DNA of 64,000 nt from an uncultured bacterium (GCA_963851445.1 CAWKPH010000001.1:233363-297362), one strand, 5' to 3'; positions 18,547 to 28,784 are shown, numbered from the stretch's first letter. A program made the numbers and translations. Notes: generated from the letters alone by a model not told the origin.

Positions 18547-20084
18547 ATGTCTATCAAGCTTGTGCTTAGCCTTCTTGCCCTGTCGGGCATCGCAGGTATC
18601 GGACTCGGCTATGTTCTTCGACTCCTAATCGCGCTCGGCCAGCGCGGCTCATTGGAGATCGAGGTGAAACAACGACTTCTCGCTGCGCGCGAGCGAGCGA
18701 ACCGCATTATAAGTGATGCGGAGGCCGAAGCGGAAAACGTGGAGGAGGAGCGGCTTGGTCCATTACGTGAGCGTGAAGAAAAACTTGAAAAAATTGAGGA
18801 ACGCGTCCTGAAACGTGAGGAATTCCTTGACGAAAGCGCTCGCAAACTTGCAGAACAAGCTGAAGCATTCCGAGTTCGTGAAAATGAGGTTACGGCACTT
18901 CGTAAAGAAGCGGAGAAACTCATCACAGAGGAACAGGTACAACTTGAGCAGGTCTCAAATCTCTCAGAGGAGGAGGCGCGTAAGCGTCTTATTGCACAAC
19001 TTGAGAAAGTACATGAAAGTGCGCTTCTCGCACGTCTTCAGAAACTTGAAGCCCATGGCCGCAAGCAGCTTGATGAGCGAGCGAGAAATATTCTTCTCTC
19101 TGCGATCCATCGTATGGGCAACGCCGTGAATAGCGAGATCATGACGCTTTCCGTTACTATTCCTTCAGAAGAAATGAAAGGAAAGGTTATCGGTAAAGAA
19201 GGCCGCAATATCAAAGCGTTCGAGCGTGCAACAGGCGTTGATGTCATTATTGATGATGCTCCCGACAAGATCACCCTTTCTTCCTTTGATCCATTGCGTC
19301 GGTCATATTGCAAAAGTTGCACTTGAGAAGCTTATTGTCGACGGTCGTATTCAGCCTGCGAAAGATTGAAGAAATCGTCGAGAAGACCGAAGGAAGAGAT
19401 TGATGAGCTCATCAAACAAAAAGGTGAAGAAGCTGCATATGAAGTTGGAGTTGTTGGCCTTGATCCTCGCCTTATCACCCTACTTGGCCGGCTCTATTTC
19501 CGCACAAGCTATGGCCAAAACGTTCTGCCACACTCAGTAGAAATGGCGCACATTTGCGGGTATGCTTGCGAACGAACTGGGTGCAGATCCTGAAATCGCG
19601 CGTGCGGGGGCACTTGCTCCACGACATCGGTAAGGCGGTGGACCACGAAGTACAAGGTACGCATGTCGAAATTGGGCGTCGAATCCTCGAGAAGTTCGGC
19701 ATTGATAAGCGAATCATCCAGGCAATGCAGGCTCATCACGAGGAATATCCGTTATGAAACTCCTGAATCGGTCATCGTACAGGTTGCTGATGCTATTTCT
19801 GCAGGCCGTCCTGGCGCGCGTAAGGACACGGTTGAGCGTTATCTTGAGCGTCTTAGGAGATCTTGAGCGCATAGCTGCTGGATTTCCTGGTGTTGAAAAG
19901 GTATATGCCATCCAGGCAGGCCGTGAGATACGTATTTTCGTGAATCCAGGCAAGGTTTCTGACCTCGCAGTGCATAAATTGGCCCGTGAAATTGCCGAGC
20001 GCGTCCAAGCAAGAGCTCAAATATCCTGGAGAAATCAAGGTAAACGTCATCCGCGAGAATCGCGTCGTCGAATTTGCTCGTTAG
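18547..20084 (+). pseudogene. rny: ribonuclease Y gene. The N-terminal half (TM, coiled coil, KH) is intact. The HD domain and C-terminal half are broken by at least 5-6 single-base frameshifts: a pseudogene or an uncorrected assembly patch
   Basis: Segments in frames 1, 2 and 0 (ORFs 18547-19326, 19366-19593, 19554-19757, 19754-20158) together reconstitute the RNase Y order: KH (GKEGRNIKAFE), HD (HSVEMAHI..., [12 protein letters not shown]..., HHEEYP) and the C-terminal ...YPGEIKVNVIRENRVVEFAR* ending at the TAG at 20082-20084. Confidence 0.8.
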
Positions 20085-20255
20085 GGGTAAAATCGCCATT
20101 GACGAGGCTCATAAAGAGCTCTTATGCAATATTTTTCACTATCCCCGCTATTTTGTAAAGGGGTATTGCATAATATGGCTCATTTCCTATACTTTGTCGG
20201 TAACCCTTCCCTTGATTCTTTCGGGAGGAATTAGTCCTAATAAACCACTTTTCCT

Positions 20256-20530
20256 ATGAACAAAGCAAACATCGTAGACAAAGGTGCAGGAAGTGCTTGG
20301 TGGTACCAAGGCAGATGCTGATCGCGCTGTTGAATGCGTTATCGAATCCATCACTAGCGGCCTCAAGTCAGGTGATGAGGTTTCGATCGCAGGTCTCGGC
20401 ATCTTCACTGCAAAGGCTCGCCCAGCTCGTGTCAGGACGCAATCCTCGCACTGGCGAGACTATCAAGATCGCAGCTACGCGTACTCCTAAGTTCCGCGCA
20501 GCTAAGGCTCTCAAGGACGCTGTTAAATAA
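20256..20530 (+). pseudogene. hup: DNA-binding protein HU gene interrupted by two single-base frameshifts
   Basis: MNKANIVDK..(shift)..VLGGTKADADRAVECVIESITSGLKSGDEVSIAGLGIFTAKARPARV..(shift)..RNPRTGETIKIAATRTPKFRAAKALKDAVK. This is the complete HU fold sequence in three frames. Confidence 0.75.
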
Positions 20531-20613
20531 GGCAAATAGTGTGGTTACGGCTTAATGCTGTAGCCACTAAAGGAAAAAGCTGGCTCCCGAGGAGCCAGCT
20601 TTTTCAGTTTGCC

Positions 20614-20949
20614 CTAGTGCACCGTATCCGACCCAGGTTCGGAAGAACGAATTTCATCCAGTAGATGATTGAGCGCTCCTTGATCGGAAAGATCAATACT
20701 TTCATGCGCGTGGCTAGGATCATCAATATAGGCACGGAAATTAGCGGAAAATCTTTCTACCCACATTGTCATGGCTTGGTTGCGAATTTCTCGAGGATTA
20801 TTTTCAGGATGTTCAATATCTACAGGAAGTTCTGGGTGTAGTTGGTGGAGAGCATACAGAGAAAGAAGAGCCTGTGTCTTCGCTACTGCCTCTATCTTAG
20901 GTAATTGCTGATTATCAGCACTTAATCCTCCCTCCGGTGAATGACTCAT
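20614..20949 (-). CDS. hypothetical acidic protein
   Basis: 111-aa ORF with no recognisable domain. Confidence 0.35.
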   Translation of the reverse strand: MSHSPEGGLSADNQQLPKIEAVAKTQALLSLYALHQLHPELPVDIEHPENNPREIRNQAMTMWVERFSANFRAYIDDPSHAHESIDLSDQGALNHLLDEIRSSEPGSDTVH

Positions 20950-20968
20950 GTGGGCATTGTAACATCCG

Positions 20969-21757
20969 ATGTGTCTTATTTTGCGTTATTATATGATTAT
21001 GAGCTCTGAAGGTAACCCTGGGTCGTCCGCGTCGAATGACGCTGTACGCGATCCGGTACCAACTCTGGAATCATTCTCTCGAGCAGATGAAGAAGTTCTG
21101 GATCAATTTGATCGCGTGTACGAAGAAGCCATATCAAGTCAGCATTCCGAAGGAGAGCGGGAGCAGTTTCATAGCGTTCTTCATAAAATTGCTGAGCAGT
21201 TCCGAAATCAGCACCTGCTTCAGGCATACGAACAGGGTACTGTTCCTACTTTTGCATCAATGGAGCGTGCAGTGGAAGCAGTAATTGAAAAGCTTGAAGA
21301 AGACAAGGAGGATGTTGAGGCACTTAAATTGAGCGCTCTCTTATCTCAACGCGTAAAAGAAATACGAAGATGGTGTTCAAAATACGAGCAGTCGTTGATC
21401 ATCTTTCATCGACAGAAAAAGCTTGTGCGGTTCAATGAGAAGATGCCGGATCAATTTAAACGGGCTGATGAGGACCGGCGCCGAACTCATGACAATTTAT
21501 TACAATCCATTCGCTCTCTTGATGAAACTCTCCGAGCTGCTGACGAAATAGAACCATTGCCATATGCGATCGGTCGTTGGGAACCTGGTATTTCAGTTCC
21601 GGCCGGATATGCTCATGAAAATCCTCTTGTATTCAGTGCACATGCCGCGAGTCATGAGCATCGAGAGCTTATTATGGATTGGGCGCTCGTTGCAAATCTA
21701 GAACAAAAAATGCAAGCCCAACTAGCATACAGCCTTTCACATGAGGAAAACAACTAG
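20969..21757 (+). CDS. hypothetical acidic, predicted coiled-coil protein
   Basis: 262-aa ORF. Charged helical composition. Confidence 0.45.
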   Translation: MCLILRYYMIMSSEGNPGSSASNDAVRDPVPTLESFSRADEEVLDQFDRVYEEAISSQHSEGEREQFHSVLHKIAEQFRNQHLLQAYEQGTVPTFASMERAVEAVIEKLEEDKEDVEALKLSALLSQRVKEIRRWCSKYEQSLIIFHRQKKLVRFNEKMPDQFKRADEDRRRTHDNLLQSIRSLDETLRAADEIEPLPYAIGRWEPGISVPAGYAHENPLVFSAHAASHEHRELIMDWALVANLEQKMQAQLAYSLSHEENN

Positions 21758-21786
21758 GGCCATCTGCGAGATGCAGACGGCCCCTA

Positions 21787-22089
21787 TTAAGTGTGTTCGC
21801 AACGAAATATACGGGCGAGCGCGTAAAGATCTATGGTCTCGAGTATCGAGATTGGATCAGGATCTGAAAGACCGAGCGCTTCGCATGCGTCAGTATCGTG
21901 ATGTAGAAATTCTTGGATCTCTTTCATCGCTCTACTTTCGAGAACTTGAGCCACCCCCGCAGAATCAATGTGATCCGTCGCGAGTAGCGTTTCGGCCAGA
22001 AGCTCTATGGCCTCTGCTGACCTTTGGTTGAGACGCTTGTAGGCGTCCCACCTCCTTAGTTGTGTGTCAAACTGTTGCACCCTTATCAC
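21787..22089 (-). CDS. hypothetical protein
   Basis: 100-aa ORF, convergent with the previous gene. Confidence 0.3.
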   Translation of the reverse strand: MIRVQQFDTQLRRWDAYKRLNQRSAEAIELLAETLLATDHIDSAGVAQVLESRAMKEIQEFLHHDTDACEALGLSDPDPISILETIDLYALARIFRCEHT

Positions 22090-22220
22090 CCAATTTTTTA
22101 TTATTGCCTAAAGTGACTATAACACACTATATTTAGAAGGGCAATATTTGGCTGTAGAACCCCAAGCCCATTGCCGCATCCAAGTTTTGGGTACAACATC
22201 TTCAATTGGAAAGCGCTTAT

Positions 22221-22574
22221 CTATAAGGACATGTCCGCTTGAAGAATTACGCCGCTTGTAGGCGCCTTATCGGTTGGCTGTTCAAGCGCCTGGATTGGAC
22301 TACTAGCAACCTCGCTTTCTAGGGATCCCGACGTATTTACATAGTCATATGCTGTAGGGTCACTTGAGATAGTTGCTGGGGGATCTGAGGTTAGCATCAC
22401 GCCACTTGTTGGCGCAATATCTGGCGCTGTTACGAGGGCTTGGGAAGGATCGTTTGCTACCACCGTTTCTAGGTTGCCATTAGTGTTCACGTACTCATAC
22501 GCTGCCGCAATGCTGGCAATAGGAAAAAGAAGTGCGCTAGATAGCAATAATCCTCCTATAATCTTTGCTTTCAT
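22221..22574 (-). CDS. small secreted protein with two tandem ~45-aa repeats (AY[ED]YVNT.G.LE..VA..P.QAL......APTSGV.L)
   Basis: Signal peptide MKAKIIGGLLLSSALLFPIASIAAA. Internal duplication visible in the translation. Confidence 0.5.
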   Translation of the reverse strand: MKAKIIGGLLLSSALLFPIASIAAAYEYVNTNGNLETVVANDPSQALVTAPDIAPTSGVMLTSDPPATISSDPTAYDYVNTSGSLESEVASSPIQALEQPTDKAPTSGVILQADMSL

Positions 22575-22734
22575 AGAGAATGATGGATTACTGATTCTAA
22601 TAATTTCTAACTTTTTCTAGTCATGCTCCTTATAAGCCCTTATTTTGAGAAGCAACTCGGAGCGTGGCTTACAAAGAATTAAGACGAAATTGTCTTTGGC
22701 CTCTTACGTGTCACAATTCATCAATCCTTCATCT

Positions 22735-24387
22735 CTATTGTTTCAGCTCCAGGAACGGATCGAGGTAGTGCACGGCAACGCCGCCAAAACTTGAGGATGG
22801 ATCGTAGTAGTTTGTAATCGCGGTGAGTGCATTATAGAGATCTTCCTTTGTGAGACCGTAGAACGTCACGTACGACGGCTGCACATCACCCGTTTCTTGA
22901 GCAACGACAATTTTCGTTGCGGTCCCTTGCGCTTCCTTTACTTCAGTCTCTGAAAGAGCTTCTGTTCCATTAGTTCCGGTAACAGTGTTTCGATACGCCA
23001 TATCAATCATGTAGCTGCCTGGTTTATGTTGCAGGATATCGAGCAAGTGATTGTAAGTGTAATTTGTGTTGCCGCCAAACGGAATCTCAGGTGTCCACTG
23101 TATCTGGTCATCGTAGAAATGAGGAATGACGATTGAAAGCTTTGCGTTTACATTCTTCATAGCATTCGTAACGTCGCTGATAAGATTTAAGTACCCCTCA
23201 AGCACGTTGCTTGGATCGGTTGAATATTGCGGCTCAAGGTATGACTCCACATCAAGCTGCAACCCAGCTATCGGTGCATTCGGATAAAGGTTGTCATACT
23301 GCGTAATGAAAGTAACGAGCGCGGTTCCCTGCCAACGATTTGCTACATCTCCCCAATTATCGGCACCGCCTTCGATGTACACGGCGATGTTTGCTGCCTT
23401 TGCCTGGACGATGAAATTGTTGAGTGCTGCAAAGTATGCTGCTTGCTGCGCGTTTTTATTTGCTCCCGCAGGTAACTGCACGATAGGAAGGTAGTCCTCA
23501 ACGGTAAGATAGATTGTGTTGAACCCGTTCTGCCTAGCAGCAGCAATCGCGTCTTGTTCGTATGAGGGTGTCATCGTAATTGGCGAGTCCCAAATCCAAG
23601 TACCGAACTGTTTTGAGGTGAAGGCGGCACCCCACACCGATCCTGATGCTGGTGCGCTTGCCGTTGTGACAACAGGTGCGGGGGTTACGACACCTGTTGT
23701 CACAACTCCACTACTGGAGGCCGGCATAGGAGGCGCACCTGGTTGAACGAAAATGAGATTATCGGCGCATACGTCACTACTGTTATTTGCCGTTGCGCAA
23801 GCTTCGTTTTGCACTTGTGTTTCAGGACTTGTTGCTGTTTCCTGTGTTGAAAGCGTAACCTCATAGGTCTGTCGAGAAGCGAGATTACCGGGAACCCAGT
23901 AATAATTATCAGCCGTTGATTTAGGTGAGCCGGAGACAAAAGATTCGTTGTCAGCATAGTAAATCGAGAAGCTTGTATCCTGACAGGTTTCTTCACCTAG
24001 ATTACTTACTACTATTGAGTAATTAATCTGGCCACCAGGAGCTACCGTATTTGCAGTTGGCGCAAAGGAAAAATGAAGTGCACAGCCGGGAACAAGTGGC
24101 TGCTCCTCAACACTTTCATCTACAGCAGCCGGTAGCGCCGTTGCTGGGGTAAGCGGCGCATTTGGCGCTTCGGGTCGTTGCCCAAGCGAGAGATCGACGG
24201 CCTTTACGGAGGTAATTGGTTTTTTTGGCGTAATTGTTTTCAGACTCATATCAAGAAAGAGAAGCAGAACAACAACTGCAAGTACGAGTAGCAGCGCACC
24301 TCCCGCTATAAGATACTTTCGTAGAGTATTAGGTTCCATGAGCCTTTTGTTCAAAGACGCCGACACGCTCCCAACGCTGCCAGACAA
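22735..24387 (-). CDS. secreted, membrane-anchored protein with a C-terminal glycoside-hydrolase-like TIM-barrel domain (GHL/DUF4015-like). The real start is probably the internal Met near 24339
   Basis: N-terminal TM anchor. Ser/Thr/Pro/Val linker. C-terminal ~300 aa (…GFNTIYLTVEDY…IAVYIEGGADNWGD…LQLDVES…) resemble hypothetical GH-like domains that are typically partnered with GT2 synthases. The domain call is inference. Confidence 0.55.
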   Translation of the reverse strand: MSGSVGSVSASLNKRLMEPNTLRKYLIAGGALLLVLAVVVLLLFLDMSLKTITPKKPITSVKAVDLSLGQRPEAPNAPLTPATALPAAVDESVEEQPLVPGCALHFSFAPTANTVAPGGQINYSIVVSNLGEETCQDTSFSIYYADNESFVSGSPKSTADNYYWVPGNLASRQTYEVTLSTQETATSPETQVQNEACATANNSSDVCADNLIFVQPGAPPMPASSSGVVTTGVVTPAPVVTTASAPASGSVWGAAFTSKQFGTWIWDSPITMTPSYEQDAIAAARQNGFNTIYLTVEDYLPIVQLPAGANKNAQQAAYFAALNNFIVQAKAANIAVYIEGGADNWGDVANRWQGTALVTFITQYDNLYPNAPIAGLQLDVESYLEPQYSTDPSNVLEGYLNLISDVTNAMKNVNAKLSIVIPHFYDDQIQWTPEIPFGGNTNYTYNHLLDILQHKPGSYMIDMAYRNTVTGTNGTEALSETEVKEAQGTATKIVVAQETGDVQPSYVTFYGLTKEDLYNALTAITNYYDPSSSFGGVAVHYLDPFLELKQ

Positions 24388-25696
24388 GTTTCTGTTTTGA
24401 GACCATGCCCCAGAGCGACCGGAAAAGTGCGCGATATTCCACGACGGTTGTTAAGTAAAACAGTAGCCACCCAATGGGGGCGAGTATATAGAATCCGATT
24501 TTCCGAGGCGAACTGTCGTCAAAGAGCTGGAAGACAAACATTGAGGTAACTACAATGATACCTGAAATGAATGAAGAAAAGTCATGCATCAGAACGGCAT
24601 AGACATACAAAAAGAGCAGAAAGAGCACCTCAAAGAATAGCTGAGTGTCTCCGAAAACGGCAAACGGTAGAACAATCCAGGTCAAAAGTTGATTGTGTGT
24701 ATCATCTGTGCTGAAAAAAAGCGAATGGTGTTCAGCGAAGGTTTGGAAGCGCCCTCGTTTCCAACGTAGTCGTTGTGCCATAAGTCCCGAAAGGGTACTC
24801 GCTCCCTCAGTATAGACGAGAGCGTCTGAAGCATAGACTATTTTCATGCCAGCTTTTTGAATACGTACGGATAAATCAATATCTTCGGTGATGTTATGGG
24901 TACTGTAGGCACCGATACGTTCAAAGACTTCTCGCCTGAAGGCTCCTGCGGCACCACCTATAATGTAAATTGTGTTAAAAAGTGAATCCACGTTTTTGAA
25001 ATAAAAGGAAAAAAGGAACTCCAAGTATTGGACCGTGCCAATAAGCGTGCGGGTATTCCCGATTTTCACATTGCCTACGGCTGCCATCACGCTGGGATCT
25101 TTGAAATATTTAACAAAATTTTCGACGGTGGTTGGCGTCAGTACGCAGTCAGCATCAATACTAATAATGAGGTCGCCCGTTGCAAGTGAAATACCCCGAT
25201 TGAGTGCACTTCCTTTTCCACCATTATGCTGATACTGATAAATGATGTCGGGAAAATCGCGGCCTGGGGACTCTCGTTTAACTTCTTCATAGGCTTTGAG
25301 GAATTCATCCATTTTTGCGTCGCTTTCGTCAGTTGAGCCGTCGTTTACAACAACTATTTCAAAATTGGGGTACGTATTTGCGAATATCGTTTCGATCGTT
25401 GCAATAAGACCCACCTCTTCATTCCAGGCTGGAACAACGACAGAAACGCGTGGTAGGTAGGGTTCTTTTGCAAATTTTCGCTCTTTCAATTTCCACACAA
25501 CCTTGTTCCATGGACCAAAGGTCATGTAGATGAAGTACTTGGTGAGCAGAATCGATGCAAAGAAGATTATGAAATCTCGCAGCAGCGGAAAATGGTTACT
25601 CTCATTAGGCACCCAAATATAGAGTGAGATAATGAGCGCTGCAGTAAAAATATAGAGCGCTATACACGTCAGTATTTTATGAAGAGAATCTTTCAT
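24329..25696 (-). CDS. family 2 glycosyltransferase, processive synthase type (PgaC/IcaA/cellulose-synthase-like)
   Basis: DGSTDES and IDADCV (DxD) motifs. QRLRWKRG (QxxRW) motif. N- and C-terminal TM helices. Confidence 0.9.
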   Translation of the reverse strand: MKDSLHKILTCIALYIFTAALIISLYIWVPNESNHFPLLRDFIIFFASILLTKYFIYMTFGPWNKVVWKLKERKFAKEPYLPRVSVVVPAWNEEVGLIATIETIFANTYPNFEIVVVNDGSTDESDAKMDEFLKAYEEVKRESPGRDFPDIIYQYQHNGGKGSALNRGISLATGDLIISIDADCVLTPTTVENFVKYFKDPSVMAAVGNVKIGNTRTLIGTVQYLEFLFSFYFKNVDSLFNTIYIIGGAAGAFRREVFERIGAYSTHNITEDIDLSVRIQKAGMKIVYASDALVYTEGASTLSGLMAQRLRWKRGRFQTFAEHHSLFFSTDDTHNQLLTWIVLPFAVFGDTQLFFEVLFLLFLYVYAVLMHDFSSFISGIIVVTSMFVFQLFDDSSPRKIGFYILAPIGWLLFYLTTVVEYRALFRSLWGMVSKQKLVWQRWERVGVFEQKAHGT

Positions 25697-25699
25697 AGG

Positions 25700-25909
25700 T
25701 TATATATCAAGATATTTAGTGGTGAGATCTGCGAGCAGATTAGAAAGCAAAATAAGTATGAGAAATACTGCGACAAACCAATACGTTGTATGCCAGAACA
25801 ATAGGGTGGCCATATAGAGCGTAAATCCAAAAAACACGACGAGAATAATGCCCATCAAAAAAAGCCCAAGACGCGCTATTACTCGTTTGAGAATTCGAAA
25901 TACGCCCAT
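25700..25909 (-). CDS. small two-TM membrane protein immediately upstream of the GT2 synthase (IcaD/PgaD-like position)
   Basis: 69 aa, two hydrophobic helices. Separated from the GT2 gene by 4 nt, so operonic. Confidence 0.5.
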   Translation of the reverse strand: MGVFRILKRVIARLGLFLMGIILVVFFGFTLYMATLLFWHTTYWFVAVFLILILLSNLLADLTTKYLDI

Positions 25910-26104
25910 GCTGATATAGACGAACTTGCCAAATATCTCTTACCATGTCGTAATTCATTATTTCTTCATTTTTTGCTGAAAGGTTCTTGGCGAAAAAAGT
26001 TTTTACCTCATCTGTGCTTCATCATAGTGCGCATACCATAGTGTAAGAGAAAAGAGATTCTTTCGTCTGTATTCATGTAGAATTAATACTAATTTGCTTC
26101 GCCT

Positions 26105-26782
26105 ATGCGTATCCTCATTGTGGAAGATGAAGAAAAGCTCGCGGAGGCCCTCCAAAAGGGGCTTGAAAAGAAAGGGTTTACCACCGATTGGATTTCCGAC
26201 GGTGAAAAAGCTCGAACTCGTATACTCCTTTACAAAGACGAGTACGATCTTGTGCTCCTTGATCTTCTGCTGCCAAATATTGGCGGCGAGATTATTTGCC
26301 AGGATGTCCGGGAATCTGGCGTAACGACCCCGATCATTATGCTCACCGCTCGTGATGAAATGGAGTATAAGGTTGCACTTCTGAATTCTGGCGCCGATGA
26401 TTACATCACGAAGCCATTTTCGTTTGAAGAACTCATTGCTCGTATACAGGCAATACTACGTCGCCCCTCAGAGTCACTACCCGGGCAGCTTGCCGTGCGT
26501 GATATCGAACTTGATCCTGTAAGTCATACGGTAACGCAAGGAGGGGTCGAGGTCCCTCTGACACTCAAGGAATTCTCTTTGCTTGAGCTTTTTATGCGTC
26601 ATCCCGACGAAGCTATGCCTCGAGAAACCATTCTTGACCATGTGTGGAATTTCGATTTTCCAGGTTTCAGTAATGTGCTCGATGTACATATAAAGAATTT
26701 ACGTAGGAAACTTGATACATATGGAGACTCTGACTCATTATTCGAAACAATTCGGGGCGTGGGTTACCGGCTTAACAGATAG
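26105..26782 (+). CDS. OmpR-family response regulator
   Basis: Receiver domain (DLVLLDLLLP, phospho-acceptor Asp) and winged-helix C-terminus (...ETIRGVGYRL). Confidence 0.9.
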   Translation: MRILIVEDEEKLAEALQKGLEKKGFTTDWISDGEKARTRILLYKDEYDLVLLDLLLPNIGGEIICQDVRESGVTTPIIMLTARDEMEYKVALLNSGADDYITKPFSFEELIARIQAILRRPSESLPGQLAVRDIELDPVSHTVTQGGVEVPLTLKEFSLLELFMRHPDEAMPRETILDHVWNFDFPGFSNVLDVHIKNLRRKLDTYGDSDSLFETIRGVGYRLNR

Positions 26783-27875
26783 CTACCGTTTTAACCCATT
26801 TATACGGGCGACCCTTAACATTGTCGCCATAATGCTTGTCCTGGGCACACTTCTTGTAACCCTTTCTGCGTGGGCCATTCAGAGTACCCAAAGCAATACG
26901 CTAACCTCGGTGCGTCATTATCGACAAGAGGTATTGGCTAAGCAGCCTGTTAGCAATCATTCCATAACCACAGACCTACAGAATGTGCGTGATCATGCGC
27001 TTACCTATGAACTACTCGTACTACTCATACTCATTAGCGCCTTCGGGTATCTTCTCGTTCACTTTGCTCTTTCCCCCACGAAAAGTGCTCTGGATTTGCA
27101 GAAACGATTTATTGGAAATATTGCCCACGAAATACGCACACCGCTCGCTATCATGAAAACAAATAGTGAGGTGACCCTTATGGACGATTCACTGCCCGCG
27201 CCTCTTCGCGAGATAGTTGAGCTCAATGTGTTCGAAATTAATCGTATTTCAGAGATCATTAACAATCTCCTTTCGATCAATACCCTTCTTTTGCCTGGCC
27301 GTATGAAAATACAGCCCGTTGATATGGGCACGGTCATAAACGCCGTCGTGGAACGACATACACTACTAGCCGAATCTCGTGATATAGAAATCGTCGTACG
27401 CAACACAGTCAAGAAACCCTTGGTTCTCGGGAATCCTGTGGGTCTTGAGCAGGTCCTTACTAACTTAATTAAGAACGCCATCAATTACACGCCCCCTAGG
27501 GGAGATGCAGTACGTATTACTGTTGAACGCGATTATCGGGGTCGGGTTGCGGTTGCCATCACTGATTCAGGTATAGGTATTGCTCAGAAGGATCTGTATC
27601 ATGTTTTCGAGCCGTTTTATAGAGGTGATACCTCACGGTTGCGGGGGGTTGGAACAGGAACTAGCGGCCTTGGACTAGCCATCGTGAATGAGATTGTGCG
27701 TCTGCATCGGGGAACTATAAGTATACGTAGTTTATTTGGTCAGGGCACAACGGTTGTAGTTTCGTTTCCGTCAGTATCTCGTCGTACTCAAAAAAAATCT
27801 CAAACCAAACCTGCTGAGACCCTAGAAGGTGGCGTGCACGAGGTCATGCTTGATTTCTCGCGAGAGGCTATCTAG
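26712..27875 (+). CDS. sensor histidine kinase (two TM, HisKA and HATPase_c). Its 5' end overlaps the response-regulator gene, so the exact start is uncertain
   Basis: H-box IAHEIRTPL, N box (LIKNAINYT) and G-boxes (DSGIGI, GTGLGLAIV). Confidence 0.85.
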   Translation: MIHMETLTHYSKQFGAWVTGLTDSYRFNPFIRATLNIVAIMLVLGTLLVTLSAWAIQSTQSNTLTSVRHYRQEVLAKQPVSNHSITTDLQNVRDHALTYELLVLLILISAFGYLLVHFALSPTKSALDLQKRFIGNIAHEIRTPLAIMKTNSEVTLMDDSLPAPLREIVELNVFEINRISEIINNLLSINTLLLPGRMKIQPVDMGTVINAVVERHTLLAESRDIEIVVRNTVKKPLVLGNPVGLEQVLTNLIKNAINYTPPRGDAVRITVERDYRGRVAVAITDSGIGIAQKDLYHVFEPFYRGDTSRLRGVGTGTSGLGLAIVNEIVRLHRGTISIRSLFGQGTTVVVSFPSVSRRTQKKSQTKPAETLEGGVHEVMLDFSREAI

Positions 27876-27974
27876 TTTCATCTTGCCTTCACGATCCTAT
27901 GTGTACCATGCTTACGTTACTAGAGGTTACTAGCCATAACCGAGGAGATATATGAGAAGGATACGAGCTTAGTG

Positions 27975-28017
27975 AGCCAGGCCACGCGTACAAATGCGCG
28001 TGGCCTGGCTCTTTATT
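27975..28017. terminator. bidirectional intrinsic terminator hairpin between convergent genes
   Basis: agccaggccacgcg...cgcgtggcctggct 14-bp stem with flanking T/A-runs. Confidence 0.6.
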
Positions 28018-28027
28018 AATAGAGCCT

Positions 28028-28726
28028 CTAGTCTCGTTGTCTACCAAATATCCTTAAGAAAAAGAGGAACAGGTTAATGAAATCCAAATAGAGAGTTAGT
28101 GCTCCTACGATTGCCTCTTTGGGTTCTCCTCCAACGGTATTTTCTCCTACTATATACAGTTGTTTTAGCTTTTGTGTATCATATGCCGTTAGCGCGACAA
28201 AGATGAGTACGCCTGCATACGTAGTGATCCAGTAGACGACACCGTTCGAAAAGAAAAGGTTTACGAGAGAAGCGATAATGAGACCAATGAGTGCCATGAG
28301 AGCAATATGCCCCACGGCCGTGAGATCTCGTTTGGTGAAATATCCATACAGGCTCATCACGCCGAAGGTGCCCGCTGTGATAAGAAATGTAATTGCGATC
28401 GAGCTACCTGTGTAAATGAGAAATATGAGCGAGAATGTGAGCCCATTCAGAATCGAGTAAAGCAAAAATACAAATCCGGCCAAGAATGCTGACATTTTTT
28501 GTGCCAGCATCGCAAAGCAGAACACCGCAATGAGTTCAAGAATCAGGAGCCCGTAAAAGACCCATACATTCATCGTGAAGAAATTGGTAAGTGTTTGGGA
28601 CGATGCTACGCCATAGGCAACTCCCGCCGTAACCAATAGCCCGCCACACATCCATGCATAGGTGCGCTGGATAAAACTTGTGATTGTATCGTCATTCATA
28701 GAGGTAAATATAGCATCACAGCGCAA
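28028..28726 (-). CDS. Bax-inhibitor-1/YccA family 7-TM membrane protein
   Basis: Seven hydrophobic helices and a C-terminal charged tail typical of BI-1. The start is likely the internal MNDDTITSF. Confidence 0.75.
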   Translation of the reverse strand: MRCDAIFTSMNDDTITSFIQRTYAWMCGGLLVTAGVAYGVASSQTLTNFFTMNVWVFYGLLILELIAVFCFAMLAQKMSAFLAGFVFLLYSILNGLTFSLIFLIYTGSSIAITFLITAGTFGVMSLYGYFTKRDLTAVGHIALMALIGLIIASLVNLFFSNGVVYWITTYAGVLIFVALTAYDTQKLKQLYIVGENTVGGEPKEAIVGALTLYLDFINLFLFFLRIFGRQRD

Positions 28727-28784
28727 TCACCGTTAGAGGACTAGTTAATACGGCAACGCTTAAGGATATAGATCTTGGGATACT

